Positions 8,579-21,000 of a stretch of DNA of 64,000 nt are shown here, one piece after another. Below the pieces are notes generated by a model. The model saw only the letters and a program-made list of their open reading frames with translations, made no database searches and was not told where the DNA came from. This DNA is from a virus (taxonomy: Duplodnaviria > Caudoviricetes), in the IMG/VR virus record IMGVR_UViG_3300030433_002124, positions 24,887 to 88,886 of that record. One strand, given 5' to 3'. A program made the position numbers and the translations under genes. The stretch's first letter is position 1. Each line of letters begins with the position of its first letter.

Positions 8579-11500
8579 TGGCAGAAAAACAAAGACAACA
8601 GGGACCTCCTAGTAATTCTTTTAATACCTTTATCAAGGGTATGAATAAAGATGTAGCTAAGTATATATTACCTCCAGATACTTATTATGATGGTGCAAAT
8701 ATTCGTATAGCTGCTCATCATTCTAAAGAGGGAGCAGCTGTAGTTAATATTGAAGGTAATCAATATATAACTACAATTCCTTGTTCTCCTAGAGTTCTTG
8801 CATTAGAAATGGATGACCAAGTTGTTTTAAACAGTTATTGGGAAACTACATCTTGGAATGTTACATTTAATATTTATACAAATAATAATGTTTATAGCAG
8901 ATCTTTTTCAGGTATAGGAGGAAATATAGTTTCTGTTATATATCAAGCTTTAATAAGTCCTGCTCCTGGTTTTTTAACAAATGGAGTTCAATCCGGAAAT
9001 GGATCATTACCGGAAGAATTAAAATTTTCTTATGATAATAGTAGATTTAGATTAACTTTTTGGAATACTGTAGGAGATCTAGAACTTAATAGTATTGCAG
9101 TAACAGGTGGTTATACAAATACTATTAATGTAGGTGGTAGAGAATGTGATCTAGAAATTATAGGATATACTACAATTAGAGATGATATTTATTTATTCAC
9201 TACTTCTCATGATGGAGGTACTCCTGAAGCTGCTGGAGGATTAGGACAGATATGGAAATTAACATATGATCCTACATCATATGAAATAGAATGGACATGT
9301 GTTTATAATAATAACACAATGAATCTTACTAAACAGCATCCTATACAAGCTATTGGTAGATATGAAAATAAAGATGAGCAAGGAGTTTATTGGACTGATT
9401 TTTTTAATCCTCCAAGAAAGCTTAACGTTGCGTCTCCAAATTCTATAGCTGTTGATTCTAGATTTTTGGATCTTTCTCCTGTAACTGAATTTCAAATTCC
9501 TACATTATCCGAAATAACTATAGGAGGTACACTCCCTTCTGGTACTTATCAAATAGCTTATAGATATAAAAGTTTTGAAGGTTTAACATCTAATTGGTCT
9601 CCTTTAAGTAATAAAGTATCTTTATATGGAGATGAAGAAACAGATCCTTATTGTAATATAGAAGGAGGAGAAATAGATTTAGATGCAGCAGATTTACCTG
9701 GAACTGCTACAAGTAAACGTATTCAATGGGATCTTAAAGATTTAGATACATCTTATGATTTAATTGAATTTGGAGCTGTATATATGAAGACTAGTGGTTA
9801 TGATCCATTATTACATCAGTATTATATTTTTCAAATAGCTCCTAATATATTAGAAGATATGTCTGTTGAATTAACAGGAAGTGAAGAAAAAATACCATTA
9901 TCTCCTACCGAATTTCAAGAAGGTATTGGAGCAACATTCGAGAAAGTTAAAACTATAGCCTCAAGAGATAATAAATTATTTATGGGTAATATTGTAAATA
10001 CTTCTTTTTATGTTGATTTTGATGCAAGAGCATATAGATTTGATGCAGGTAAAGCTAAAGCAAGATTAGATTCTGAATCAGATGTTACAGTTTTTATTGA
10101 TGGTAACGCTCCTTTTGCAGATCAACCTGGTACTGAATTTACAGCTATTAATAAAGTACCTGAAACACATGATTGTATATGTCCATATAATGATGAAAAT
10201 CCAGAAACAAACCCAGATTGGTTTGATGAAGATCAATATATATGGCAAGCAAACGGTGATATTTTAGGGGGTACTGGTCCTAATATTTCTTATCGATTTG
10301 TGACACAGGAATTAAAAGGAGACGATGCTCAATTTACAATGCAGCAATATAATAATTTTATAGGAGATGTATCTGGTTATGCGGGTGTCTCGTTAAGGTT
10401 AAATGATTGGACAAATGATGTACTTAATAATTGTACTCCTTATCAACCCCCTCCACTAAATTCATGTTTAATAAATCCAAATGAAACTACAAATGTTACA
10501 GAAAATTTAGGAATACCTGGACAAACATATAATCAAAATAATACAATAGAAAACTTTAAAAGTAGTTATCAATATAGTTTATTTGAAGGATATGCAAGAG
10601 GAGAGACTTATAGGTTTGGTATTGTATTTTATAATAGTAAAGGATCTCCTAGTTTTGTTAATTGGATAGGAGACATTAAATTCCCTTTTAGTTATCAATA
10701 TGATGCTGGTGAAGTTATAGGTCAATTTGCAGTACATAAATGGAAACCTGAAGGACAATTTAAACCATGGATGGATCATATAGGAGACTTTGGATTTAAG
10801 GGAGAAATGTGGTTACAATCTTTAGGTATTGAATTTACAGTTGATTTATCTGGTTTAGATGTAGAAGGATTAGGAATAACTGGTTATTCTATTGTAAGAT
10901 GTGAAAGAAAAGAAACAGATAAATCTAAATTAGGTCAAGGTTTAGCTTGGCAAACAACTCATGTAAGAGCAAGAACTTCGGGTAGAGATAAAATTGATGA
11001 GGGTTATACAGGTTATCCAGGATATGAATGGTTGGCTCCTTTACATAATTTAATTGTAGGTACTTTTAGTTGTTCTAATTATGGATTATTTTCTTTTGAT
11101 CCTGGTACTGATGATTTTGAAGATCCTGTTTATGATGCTTATGTAAGTCCTGGTGCAGAATGTGTTAGGATTGGTTTGACACAGCAAAAAGCATTATTAT
11201 TATATGGTCCTTTAAATTGGGTCAATAGTCAATCAGATCAATTATATAATAGAGATTATAAAGTAGATTTTATAGGAGGAGATTATATTAAAATAGAATC
11301 TGTTTTTGCTCCATTAGTTAATGGTGATTATGCAGAATTACCTAATTTTTCACCCGCTGGTTCAGGTTTAATAGTTTATACTAGTCTTGGTCCTTTTAAT
11401 CTTCCTCAAAATGCACAACGTACTGGACAGTGGTATAAATATTATTATCCACTAAGTATGAATGTAGGAACAGGATGGAATGATAATATAGGTTATTATA

Positions 11501-13950
11501 ATGGATTACCTATGGCAGGAGATAGTCAAGATCCTCAATTCTTAAAGTTTCCATTAGAGTTTGCTCAGTGGGTTGGAGATGGAGGTCAAATTGAAAAAGA
11601 AGCTGATGTAGCTATGCCTCATCCTTTTGTAAATATTACTAATGAAGGAGAACCTGCATATTCATTTGGAGATCCTACTAATGGATGTGGTATGTGTGGT
11701 AGGCCTAGATCTATAGGAAGTGAAACTATGTTTTGTTTAACAACAGATGAACTTAATTTTAGAAATATGTTGATGGGAGCTCATTTACCTGCGACAGAAC
11801 AAGGCCCTACTGTTGTAAGAACTGTTATGAATTACGAAAGATATGTAACACCTTACGGAGGACCTACTTATGCAGAGCGTAGTCGATCTATTTATATATT
11901 AGCTAATCATTATTATCCTATAAATAAAACAATGCAGCAAATACCAGGTATGTTAGAAAATATGACTTCTAAAGTATTTGGAGGAGATGTTAGTGTTAAT
12001 ATATTTGATTATACACAACAAGAAAAAAATTGGGGACAAATACCAGGTTTTCCAGGTAAGTGGGGATTGGTAAATGCAAGTGGAGACTTTTTAGGATGTG
12101 CTCCTGATACTTTGGATGATAGTCTATATGGTATTATGAGAGGATGTGCAGTTCCTTTAGAAATACATACTGCTAATCCTGAGTATAGAAAAGGTTATCA
12201 TTTTGCTTCTAAAGGAGGGGCTAATAATCCATATCCAGACGATGGTACATTTTTACATGATGAGTATAGAATATTAGATGGTTATATGGCTGTTACTAAT
12301 GTAAGAACATATATACCTCAACCATTAGATTTTAATATTAATGAAGAGTTTGATACTCGAATCTATTATTCTAATACAAAAACAAATGGAGAATCATCAG
12401 ATTCTTGGGCTGTATTTAAAGTAGGTAATTTTCATGATGTAGAAGGTATTCAAGGTCCTTTAAATAATTTATTAGTACATCAAGATAAAATGTATTTCTT
12501 CCAAGATAAAGGGTTTGGGGTACTTAATATAAATCCAAATGCTATTGTACAAGCTGCAGATGGTACTGCTATACAATTAGGAACAGTATCTAGTGGTACT
12601 GGTGCATTTATACAATCTTATCAATATATTTCTAATCAGTTTGGAGCTTCTCAGCAATGGGCTGTTACTAAAAGCCAAAGCTCAATTTATTTCTTTGATG
12701 CTTTACAAAAGAAATTATTTAGTTTTAGTGCTGATGGAATGCAACCATTAACTGATATTATGGGATTAAGTGCATGGTTCCAAGATAAATTAAGAGGAGA
12801 TGTAATTAAATTTGATAATCCTATATTAAGACAAGGAGTAACTGCTACAGTAGACAATAGACATAATGAAGTTTTATTTTCATTTCATGATAAAAATGTA
12901 GATCAATTATATGAAACACAATTAATAGACTTACAACCTCTACCGTTTGGTGCTGGTATTTTAATTATATTAAGAGCTTTAGATCAATGTAATGATTGTT
13001 TTCATATAGAATGCCCGTGTAATTGTAGTGGCTTTTTTCCTAGTGACACTATGGAATATCCTAATCCTGAGCTTTGGTTTAATGGTCAAAATTTAGGAAC
13101 TGGAGACATATTAGGAATTGTAGGGTGTCAAGACTTTATATCTCCTCAACCTCCTCTTCAATATGGTGATATGGTTTTAATATTTCCTTTTTTTGAAGTT
13201 AATGATTATAATCTAAATGTTAGTACTAATCCTATTATAGAAATGGTATGCCCAATAGGATCTGCTTCTTATACTGTTGCATATAATGAACTTGTTCGTG
13301 GGTTTACTTCTTTTTATGATTTTCATCCTTCTATATATGTAAATGATGGTAAAACTATTATAACTCCTAATACAGAAAATCTATGTTATAATTCTATGAA
13401 TTATTGGAATCAAAGTTATATTAAGAATAATTTATACATACATGATATAGGATCTTATGGAACTTTTTATGATGTTACGTTAGCTTCTAGATTATCTTTA
13501 ATATCTAATGAAGCATCAGTAATGACTAAAAGTTTTGATAATGTTTCTTTTCACATGGAATCTTTACAAGTAGATGGAGAACCTCAATCAGAAGATTTTG
13601 ATGTACAGTATGATGTATTTGATAGAATAAGATTTTATACAGATTATCAAACTACAGGTTGGATAGAAACAAACACAGGTGATTATTATGGTGATAGAAA
13701 TATAAGAAAAGTAGAAAGAGAATGGCAAATGACAGTACCTCGTAATGTTATGGCAGATAATCCTTTAAATATGGATTTATTTGATCCTACTAATTATGAT
13801 TTAGATAGACCTTTTAAAGATAGGTTGAGAGATAAATACATGATTGTAGAATTAGAGTATGATAATTTAGATAATGTATCGGGAGCTGCTAAAAATGTGA
13901 AATTTATTTTACATTATTTTAGAACCTTCTTTAGAGGTTCTTTCCGATAA
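8578..13950 (+). CDS. Tail stabilization/muzzle protein (P22 gp10-like beta-propeller)
   Basis: 1790 aa with NTFIKGMNKD at the N-terminus and YWTDFFNPPRKLN, YARGETYRFGIVFY, EEFDTRIYYS and YNELVRGFTSFYDF internally. Confidence 0.8.
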   Translation: MAEKQRQQGPPSNSFNTFIKGMNKDVAKYILPPDTYYDGANIRIAAHHSKEGAAVVNIEGNQYITTIPCSPRVLALEMDDQVVLNSYWETTSWNVTFNIYTNNNVYSRSFSGIGGNIVSVIYQALISPAPGFLTNGVQSGNGSLPEELKFSYDNSRFRLTFWNTVGDLELNSIAVTGGYTNTINVGGRECDLEIIGYTTIRDDIYLFTTSHDGGTPEAAGGLGQIWKLTYDPTSYEIEWTCVYNNNTMNLTKQHPIQAIGRYENKDEQGVYWTDFFNPPRKLNVASPNSIAVDSRFLDLSPVTEFQIPTLSEITIGGTLPSGTYQIAYRYKSFEGLTSNWSPLSNKVSLYGDEETDPYCNIEGGEIDLDAADLPGTATSKRIQWDLKDLDTSYDLIEFGAVYMKTSGYDPLLHQYYIFQIAPNILEDMSVELTGSEEKIPLSPTEFQEGIGATFEKVKTIASRDNKLFMGNIVNTSFYVDFDARAYRFDAGKAKARLDSESDVTVFIDGNAPFADQPGTEFTAINKVPETHDCICPYNDENPETNPDWFDEDQYIWQANGDILGGTGPNISYRFVTQELKGDDAQFTMQQYNNFIGDVSGYAGVSLRLNDWTNDVLNNCTPYQPPPLNSCLINPNETTNVTENLGIPGQTYNQNNTIENFKSSYQYSLFEGYARGETYRFGIVFYNSKGSPSFVNWIGDIKFPFSYQYDAGEVIGQFAVHKWKPEGQFKPWMDHIGDFGFKGEMWLQSLGIEFTVDLSGLDVEGLGITGYSIVRCERKETDKSKLGQGLAWQTTHVRARTSGRDKIDEGYTGYPGYEWLAPLHNLIVGTFSCSNYGLFSFDPGTDDFEDPVYDAYVSPGAECVRIGLTQQKALLLYGPLNWVNSQSDQLYNRDYKVDFIGGDYIKIESVFAPLVNGDYAELPNFSPAGSGLIVYTSLGPFNLPQNAQRTGQWYKYYYPLSMNVGTGWNDNIGYYNGLPMAGDSQDPQFLKFPLEFAQWVGDGGQIEKEADVAMPHPFVNITNEGEPAYSFGDPTNGCGMCGRPRSIGSETMFCLTTDELNFRNMLMGAHLPATEQGPTVVRTVMNYERYVTPYGGPTYAERSRSIYILANHYYPINKTMQQIPGMLENMTSKVFGGDVSVNIFDYTQQEKNWGQIPGFPGKWGLVNASGDFLGCAPDTLDDSLYGIMRGCAVPLEIHTANPEYRKGYHFASKGGANNPYPDDGTFLHDEYRILDGYMAVTNVRTYIPQPLDFNINEEFDTRIYYSNTKTNGESSDSWAVFKVGNFHDVEGIQGPLNNLLVHQDKMYFFQDKGFGVLNINPNAIVQAADGTAIQLGTVSSGTGAFIQSYQYISNQFGASQQWAVTKSQSSIYFFDALQKKLFSFSADGMQPLTDIMGLSAWFQDKLRGDVIKFDNPILRQGVTATVDNRHNEVLFSFHDKNVDQLYETQLIDLQPLPFGAGILIILRALDQCNDCFHIECPCNCSGFFPSDTMEYPNPELWFNGQNLGTGDILGIVGCQDFISPQPPLQYGDMVLIFPFFEVNDYNLNVSTNPIIEMVCPIGSASYTVAYNELVRGFTSFYDFHPSIYVNDGKTIITPNTENLCYNSMNYWNQSYIKNNLYIHDIGSYGTFYDVTLASRLSLISNEASVMTKSFDNVSFHMESLQVDGEPQSEDFDVQYDVFDRIRFYTDYQTTGWIETNTGDYYGDRNIRKVEREWQMTVPRNVMADNPLNMDLFDPTNYDLDRPFKDRLRDKYMIVELEYDNLDNVSGAAKNVKFILHYFRTFFRGSFR

Positions 13951-13952
13951 TA

Positions 13953-13983
13953 TTTGGAAAATTAATAAAAATTATTATTTTTG
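13953..13983 (+). promoter_or_regulatory. Bacteroidota-type promoter ahead of the cargo operon
   Basis: TTTG at 13953-13956, a 19-nt spacer and TATTTTTG at 13976-13983; ATG at 14005. Confidence 0.7.
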
Positions 13984-14004
13984 TAAACTGGTAAAGTATA
14001 GTTA

Positions 14005-17000
14005 ATGGCGCATAAGAAAAAAAAGAAAACAAATTGGTATATGTATGGGGGTAAACCCAGTGACATGAAGTCTTTAATTCCAAAAGCTAATTTTGGCCAG
14101 ACTCTAGGAAGTATAGGTGATACTAATTTAGCTAAAAATTTAGATATGGCTATACCTGGATTAGGTACAGGTATAGATGCTGCTTTAGATTTGGCAGGCT
14201 TTTTTGGAGATAAAAAAGTATATAATGAAGCTCAAGAAGATAAAAAAGCTGCTGGAAGCTATATAACTGCTATAGAATCAGGTCCTAATAAAGGAGGTTT
14301 AGATTTTTCTGCTGGGTTATCTGGAGCTAAAGGTTTTCAAGATTATGCAAATACTTTAAAAAAACCTAATTTTGGTAGAGATTTTCTTTTACCAACTGTT
14401 ATGAGTGTAGGAGAAAGTGCTATAGGAGGTGGGCTTGGTAATCTAGGATTAGAGAATTTACAAATAGGTAAGTCAAATGCGCAAGATATTTTAAGCGGTA
14501 TAACAGGTATACAAAAACCTGATTTTTCAGAAATGGGAGGTTCTCCTAGATCTGATGTATATGAAGCAGAAGGAAATGAAGTAATACAACATGAGCCTGG
14601 AGCTCCTCCAGGAACAACAGGTAAAATGGAACCTATAGGTAATAATCCTATGTTATCTGAACTTAAAGGTAAGTCTCATGCAGCTGGTGGTGAACTAGTT
14701 GATTCTGTAGGACAACAGGTAGTATATTCGAAAAAACTAAAATCGAAAACATGGGGAATATCTTTTGCAGATGCAGCTAAGAAAATAGGAAAGAAAATAG
14801 AAACATTTGAAAAAGCTGCAGCAGAAGGTGATCATATAACAAAACAAACTGCTCAATCTATGATTAGATCTTGGATTGTTAAATTACAAGAGTTACAAGC
14901 AGAACAAGAAGCTGCAAGAAAAGAAAAGTTTACACAACTTTTACAAGATGGATCTTCGTTTGAAGAATTACAACAAAGTTTCCCGGACTTAACTGATCAA
15001 TTTATGCAGGCTAATGCTGGGCCTCAAAAACAAGTAAATCCTACTGAAGGGCCTATGGCGCCTATAGCTCCTATGGAACAGCAATTCTTATACGGTGGTA
15101 AAAATAAAATGATGTACGGTAGTACTCCTAAATATGCGTATGGTATGTCAGCTGATCCTAATGATCCTCCTTTCTACGAAGGCCGAAGAACAGATGAAGA
15201 TGTTGATGCATTACAAGATACTTTTATGACTTATAATGGTCATAAGATTTATGGAAATGATCAGGGTATAAAAGACTATATCCAAGAAATTGGAATGGAC
15301 GAATTTGCTAGACAATGGATGGCAAACATGGATCCTGAGTTATTAGAGTTTGCAGGTATACAAGAATTTGGTGATTTATTTGAAAATAATGGAGACAAGC
15401 TTAAAATGCTTCAAAGATTATATAACGAAAAGAATGCAGGACAACCAGGCTTTACTCCTATACCGGTAGACTCAGGTGTTGGAAAGTTTGGAGAACACTC
15501 TATGAGTATGGCAGGATGGAAAGAATTAGAAGATTCTGCAACTAATCCAGACGGTCCTATTAGTGGAGGAGATCAAGGAAATGTACCTAATCCTAATAAT
15601 ACAGGAGATCCGGGTATTCTAGATGATGATTTTGATTTAGGTGAAATAGAAGATCCATTAGCTGATGATGATGGAATAATGGAAGAAGAAGAGGAAATAG
15701 AGATTTATAGAGATCCTAATCTAGGCCCACAAAGAGGTCCAAGAGATGATATGGCACCTATAGCTACAGGAGATCCTATACAAGATAGAGCATATCAAAT
15801 AGAAGGTGAACCTGAATTAGAAATTACTGAATTAGATCTTGAAGATGATGAAGAAGAAGAAGAAGAAATAGTTTACGATCAACAGGGTAATATTATATAT
15901 GACCCTGCTATAGATAAACCAGGTACAATACCAGGTAATCCTTTAGAACTTAGAGGTCCTATTCGTTTAACTGAATATGAAGGAGTTGAACTACCTCCTA
16001 ATACTCAAACAAAGAAAAAAGATCCACCTCCATATATGGGAGATGCTCCTTATACTGATATTGTAGCAGATAATGCAGGAGTTCCATTACAACCAGGACC
16101 AGGAAAAAAACCACCATTTACAGGTGGATACTTCACAGGACAAGACGATGGAGTAGATGATATTCTACCAGGAATGTACGATGATGAAGCAATGTATTAT
16201 AATAGACCAACTCTTGAAGATGCGGATATGTATAGAGAAGATGTACAATTATACAAAGATGATTCTAAAATTAAAAAACCTAAATGGAAAGCCGGAGGTA
16301 CTGAAGATCCTATGTTCGGTCCTTTCCCTGAGAATGATAGAACTCCTTATAGATCTAAAAACAGATGGTGGGAAAGAGATCCAAATAAGAAAAATAAAAA
16401 AGAAGAAGAAGAAGAAGAAATTATTAATAATAATATAAATAAAAATGAAGAAATTATTAATAATAAAGGAGCGACTGATACAGATAAGACACAAGCATTT
16501 AATAACCGAAAGTTCTTCCAAGGTCTTTCTAAATACGCTTCTCCTCTTTATAATTTAATGAAATCAAAAGAAGGAGCAGAAATAGAAAAGAAACAAGTAA
16601 ACCCATATGAAAAAGATATTTTAAAAGAGTTGGATCAAACAGTTGATATACAACCTTGGTTAAATCAAAATATGATGTCTATGAAAGGTGGTATGGATTT
16701 CTCTAAAGATTTTGCTAGTGGTAATCCAATGCAGATGTTTAATATGTATAATAGATTAAACCAAGGTAAAATGATGCAAGACTCAGCAGCTTGGAAATAT
16801 AAACATGATGCAGAAGGTAAGTTAGGTACTGCTAGAGCTAATATGATGTTTAATTTAGGAGAAAGAGATAGAGCTGAAAGTGTTAGAGTAGCAGGTGTAA
16901 ACTCTCAAAACAGAGCAGCAGTAGATAAATATGTATCTACCGCTATAGAACAGTTATCTGCTATAGGACAACTAGATGAGTATACAGCTAATTTAATGGA

Positions 17001-18093
17001 GAATGATAAATTAAGAGCTAGCTTTATTAATGCTATGGCTCCTGATTTGCAAAAGTATATGAATAATAATCCAGATGCAGGTGTTGATGAATCTATTACT
17101 AATGTTATGAGTACTCTAACTGAAGAGGATATACAAAATATGATTAATAATAGTGTAGGAAATATTCCTGTAAATATAAATATTACTCCGGGGGATAATA
17201 ATACTAATGTTACTGATAATACAGGTACTAACAATGAAGTAGTAACTGGTAATAATGAAGATCCTATAGATGCTAATAATGTATTGTCAGGAGGAGAATT
17301 TATAAATCCATTAGATGAAGCTACTAGTAATGTACAGAACGTAGGAACCCCTATTGATGTAAGTGATGATATGAGATTCAATAGTGCTTTTGATCATGAA
17401 GTAAATGGTAATTTATTTACTCCTATAGAAGGAGAACCTAATAGATATTCATACGACAATCAAACTTATGTTAAAATTAAGCAAGGAAATAGCGAACTAT
17501 ATATACCAGAAGAAGAAGCTATACAAAAAGGATTGATTACAGAAGAAGATATAAATGTTGATATGGATGATGTTGTATTAGATGGAAATACTGGAGGAGA
17601 TGGAACGGGAGGTGGTAATAATATAGAATATACTCCTATTATTTCAGCTGATCAAATGGCTTCATTAGAACCTATGAGTATTCAAAGTACTGGAGCAGGT
17701 AAAGCTAATATATTAGAAAATGGTCAGCCTATACAAGTAGAAGTAGATGGAGGTATGTTAAAAGTAAATGGAGTAAGAGCAGAAGGAGATAAGATAGTAG
17801 TTGATGGTTCTGTGACTATGTTAGGTGTAGACCTACCTTCTACAAGAGATTTTGGAGAATTTATACAAGATAGTAATAGTGCTTCAGGATTTAAGTGGGT
17901 TCCTAATGAAGATTCTTGGGAACAGTTTCAAGCTAATGCTAGCGCAGAACAAAAAGCTATGTTTGCAAACTTTATAGCTGCAGTAGAAGGAGATGTAAGA
18001 TATGCTGAAGCATTACGTAATCAAATAAGCGGAGGAGAAGGAACTTTAACGGGAGCACAACTAAATGATACAATAAGAAATAAACCAGAGTAA
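14005..18093 (+). CDS. Ejected internal virion (cargo) protein 1
   Basis: 1362 aa with EAEGNEV...KGKSHAAGGE...VYSKKL motif and repeated YGG. First of three large genes after the muzzle gene, with a long acidic/Pro-rich insert. Confidence 0.7.
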   Translation: MAHKKKKKTNWYMYGGKPSDMKSLIPKANFGQTLGSIGDTNLAKNLDMAIPGLGTGIDAALDLAGFFGDKKVYNEAQEDKKAAGSYITAIESGPNKGGLDFSAGLSGAKGFQDYANTLKKPNFGRDFLLPTVMSVGESAIGGGLGNLGLENLQIGKSNAQDILSGITGIQKPDFSEMGGSPRSDVYEAEGNEVIQHEPGAPPGTTGKMEPIGNNPMLSELKGKSHAAGGELVDSVGQQVVYSKKLKSKTWGISFADAAKKIGKKIETFEKAAAEGDHITKQTAQSMIRSWIVKLQELQAEQEAARKEKFTQLLQDGSSFEELQQSFPDLTDQFMQANAGPQKQVNPTEGPMAPIAPMEQQFLYGGKNKMMYGSTPKYAYGMSADPNDPPFYEGRRTDEDVDALQDTFMTYNGHKIYGNDQGIKDYIQEIGMDEFARQWMANMDPELLEFAGIQEFGDLFENNGDKLKMLQRLYNEKNAGQPGFTPIPVDSGVGKFGEHSMSMAGWKELEDSATNPDGPISGGDQGNVPNPNNTGDPGILDDDFDLGEIEDPLADDDGIMEEEEEIEIYRDPNLGPQRGPRDDMAPIATGDPIQDRAYQIEGEPELEITELDLEDDEEEEEEIVYDQQGNIIYDPAIDKPGTIPGNPLELRGPIRLTEYEGVELPPNTQTKKKDPPPYMGDAPYTDIVADNAGVPLQPGPGKKPPFTGGYFTGQDDGVDDILPGMYDDEAMYYNRPTLEDADMYREDVQLYKDDSKIKKPKWKAGGTEDPMFGPFPENDRTPYRSKNRWWERDPNKKNKKEEEEEEIINNNINKNEEIINNKGATDTDKTQAFNNRKFFQGLSKYASPLYNLMKSKEGAEIEKKQVNPYEKDILKELDQTVDIQPWLNQNMMSMKGGMDFSKDFASGNPMQMFNMYNRLNQGKMMQDSAAWKYKHDAEGKLGTARANMMFNLGERDRAESVRVAGVNSQNRAAVDKYVSTAIEQLSAIGQLDEYTANLMENDKLRASFINAMAPDLQKYMNNNPDAGVDESITNVMSTLTEEDIQNMINNSVGNIPVNINITPGDNNTNVTDNTGTNNEVVTGNNEDPIDANNVLSGGEFINPLDEATSNVQNVGTPIDVSDDMRFNSAFDHEVNGNLFTPIEGEPNRYSYDNQTYVKIKQGNSELYIPEEEAIQKGLITEEDINVDMDDVVLDGNTGGDGTGGGNNIEYTPIISADQMASLEPMSIQSTGAGKANILENGQPIQVEVDGGMLKVNGVRAEGDKIVVDGSVTMLGVDLPSTRDFGEFIQDSNSASGFKWVPNEDSWEQFQANASAEQKAMFANFIAAVEGDVRYAEALRNQISGGEGTLTGAQLNDTIRNKPE

Positions 18094-18094
18094 G

Positions 18095-21000
18095 ATGGCA
18101 GTAAATAGATTTAATACACCGGCAGAACAGAATTTGATGCAAACATATGTACCACTTCCTTTTCAGGAAATGGCTGCAGCTGCTCAAATGATTCAACAGA
18201 GACATGATACAGCAGAAGCTTTAGCAGATTCTTTAGATGATGATTTATTAGGTATAAAAGCTTATCGTGAATTAGATAAAAGATATTTAACTGATTATAG
18301 ACAAAATTTAGATAATGAGTTATCTGGTTTAATAAAGAAACATAATGGTAGATATGCAGATATGTTACCAGATCTTAAACTGATACAGAAAAGAGTAAAT
18401 AGAGATCTTACTGCTGGGAATTTAGCTGCTATAAAAATGAGTGGAGAACAGTTAGCTTTATATGATCAGGGTGTATTAGATACAAAAAAAGATGAAAAAT
18501 ATGATCCATATTTAGACTCAATGTTAGGAGCTGGATATGATAGAGCTGTATGGATGAGTGAGGGTATGAAAAATATTGGTACAGAATTACAACCTAATTA
18601 TATTATAGATGAGGATTATTATCAAAATAATGTAACAGGACAACCTTTATCATCATATAAGTATACAGGTGTATGGCAAGCTTCTGATATGCTTTCTCAA
18701 TTAGATAAAGTATATGGTAAAGTTAAAAAAGACAGTCAAGAAGTTACATATAATGTAACTGATCCTGATGGTACTGTAAGAACAATTACAGAAAAAATAG
18801 ATCAAATAACACCGGCTAAAATAGCTGAAGCTGCTTTAAATAATATAAGTGCATTGAGTCCAAATGCTAGACAAGAGTTGGCATTATGGTCAGCTTCACA
18901 AACAGATGATGCTGTGTTAGCATATGCAGATGCATTCTTACAAACATTACTTTCAGATGAAATGATGGCAGCAGAAACCCAAGATCAAATTGATGATGTA
19001 AATGAAAGATATTCTAGTATGTGGGCTGAAATGACAGATGAAGATGGAAATCCTACAGCTCAGGCTATTAAATATGCAGAACTTTGGAATATAAATGAAG
19101 AGGGTAGAAAATATATCACGGGAGATACAACATTAAAAGATGTTGCTGATACTAAAAATAAATACAAAAGTAGCACAGGAGGTTCTACACACACATATAG
19201 AATTATTGATACTGGTACAGGACCTGAACTTCAAATTACTCCGGTAGTAAATGAGTTTGGAGAAGATATAATAGAAAATAGTAATGACGCATTATTGACA
19301 ACATGGAATAAAAGTGTTAATCAAAACTATACTAATTATGTGGATGCGGTAGAAGAATATAATAAATGGAGAGAACAAACTCCTGGAGATGTAGATCATT
19401 TAGCTGATTTAGAAAGAATAGTAAATTCAGCTAGGTATACTTATGAAGCATCAGCTTTCCTTAAGCAACAAATAACACAGCAAGCTGCTATAGATGCTAA
19501 TTATAAATATGTAGGTCATGGAGCAGGAATGAATGAGAAAAATGAAGCAGGTTATTATTATGAAGATATTACTTTTGGTCCAAATAATGAGCTTTTAAGT
19601 ACTTTTATTGATGTAGGTTATGGTGATACTGGAGATAATATTCCTATGAGATATAATATTGATGTTATGTTTGACGATCAAGGTAAACCTATTAGTCCAG
19701 ACGATGTAAACGCTATATGGGCTCATATAAGAAATAGAACTTTAACAGATGAGGATGGTTTTATTACAGGATTTACTCCTGGATTACATGAGAATCCTTT
19801 AATGGTTGTAGATGAAGAAACCGGTGTGGGAGTAATTGATCCAAGAACAGCTGATTATACAGGACGTCATAGTATTGTATATGATGCTTCTTATGTAGGT
19901 AATACACCATTAGATAAAGCTAAAGTAAAACTGTATGAAAAAAGAAAGAAGGAATTATTTGGAGGTAGAACTAGAGAGATAACAGAATTAGCAGGAACAG
20001 GTAATAAGAGAGTAGATGAACAAATTAGAACAGCTATTACTGAAAATTGGTTAAATGAGGACTTTATGTTTATGGGACAAATGACTAATCAAACATTCTC
20101 TATGCTTGAAGATCCTGGAACAGATGCTGAAGCTTTAAAAGATATTATAGCAGATATCAATGGAGATGGTAATGAAAACCAAGAAGATGTTATGGAATTC
20201 TTAGAACAAGTTAAAAAAGGAGATGTTAGAATATTATGGGAATCTGTACCTAATTCAACAATAAATGATGGTGCAGGTGGTTATAGAGGTGTTGTAAAAG
20301 TTCCTACTAAAACGGGTGCTCAAACATTATACTTTACAGCACCACAAGCTTATTTAAATGAAATAATGACATATCATGTAGATATGGATGGTAATTATGT
20401 AAAAATGAGTCCAAATGAATCTCAAATGAAATGGATGAATTACAATGCTCAAATAGATTTAGATAGAGCAATGAGATTACCTGGTAATATTGTTCCAACT
20501 GCTACTTTAGATGAGAATAATAATCCAATAGGATGGTATTATTTTGGTATAAATCCTAATGATGGTACACCATTAAGATCTGATGAATATATATTTGTTC
20601 CTAATAAAAATGTAATAACTGCAGTAGATGTTGTAGAAGGACAAATTGTAGAAACAAGAGCCACAGGAGAGCCTAGCGGTGCTATAGATGTAGATGATAA
20701 TACTAGAGATTTAGCTAGAATATTAATGTTAAATGATCCTAATCAAGCGGCTACTAAAAAATTCTGGTATAATCAGTTAGACGTAACACCTGCTACTGAA
20801 CCTATTAAAAGAGAATTTGACAAAACGCCTATTATTAATAATAATGATAATACTATTATTGATAATAATATTAATATCGATAATGAAGATAAAGATAATA
20901 TTATTGTAGTTGATCCGAATGATAAAAAAGATAAAAACGATAATGACTATATATTACCAGAAGAGATTGATCCAATTCCTGAAGGATTTGATGAAAACGG

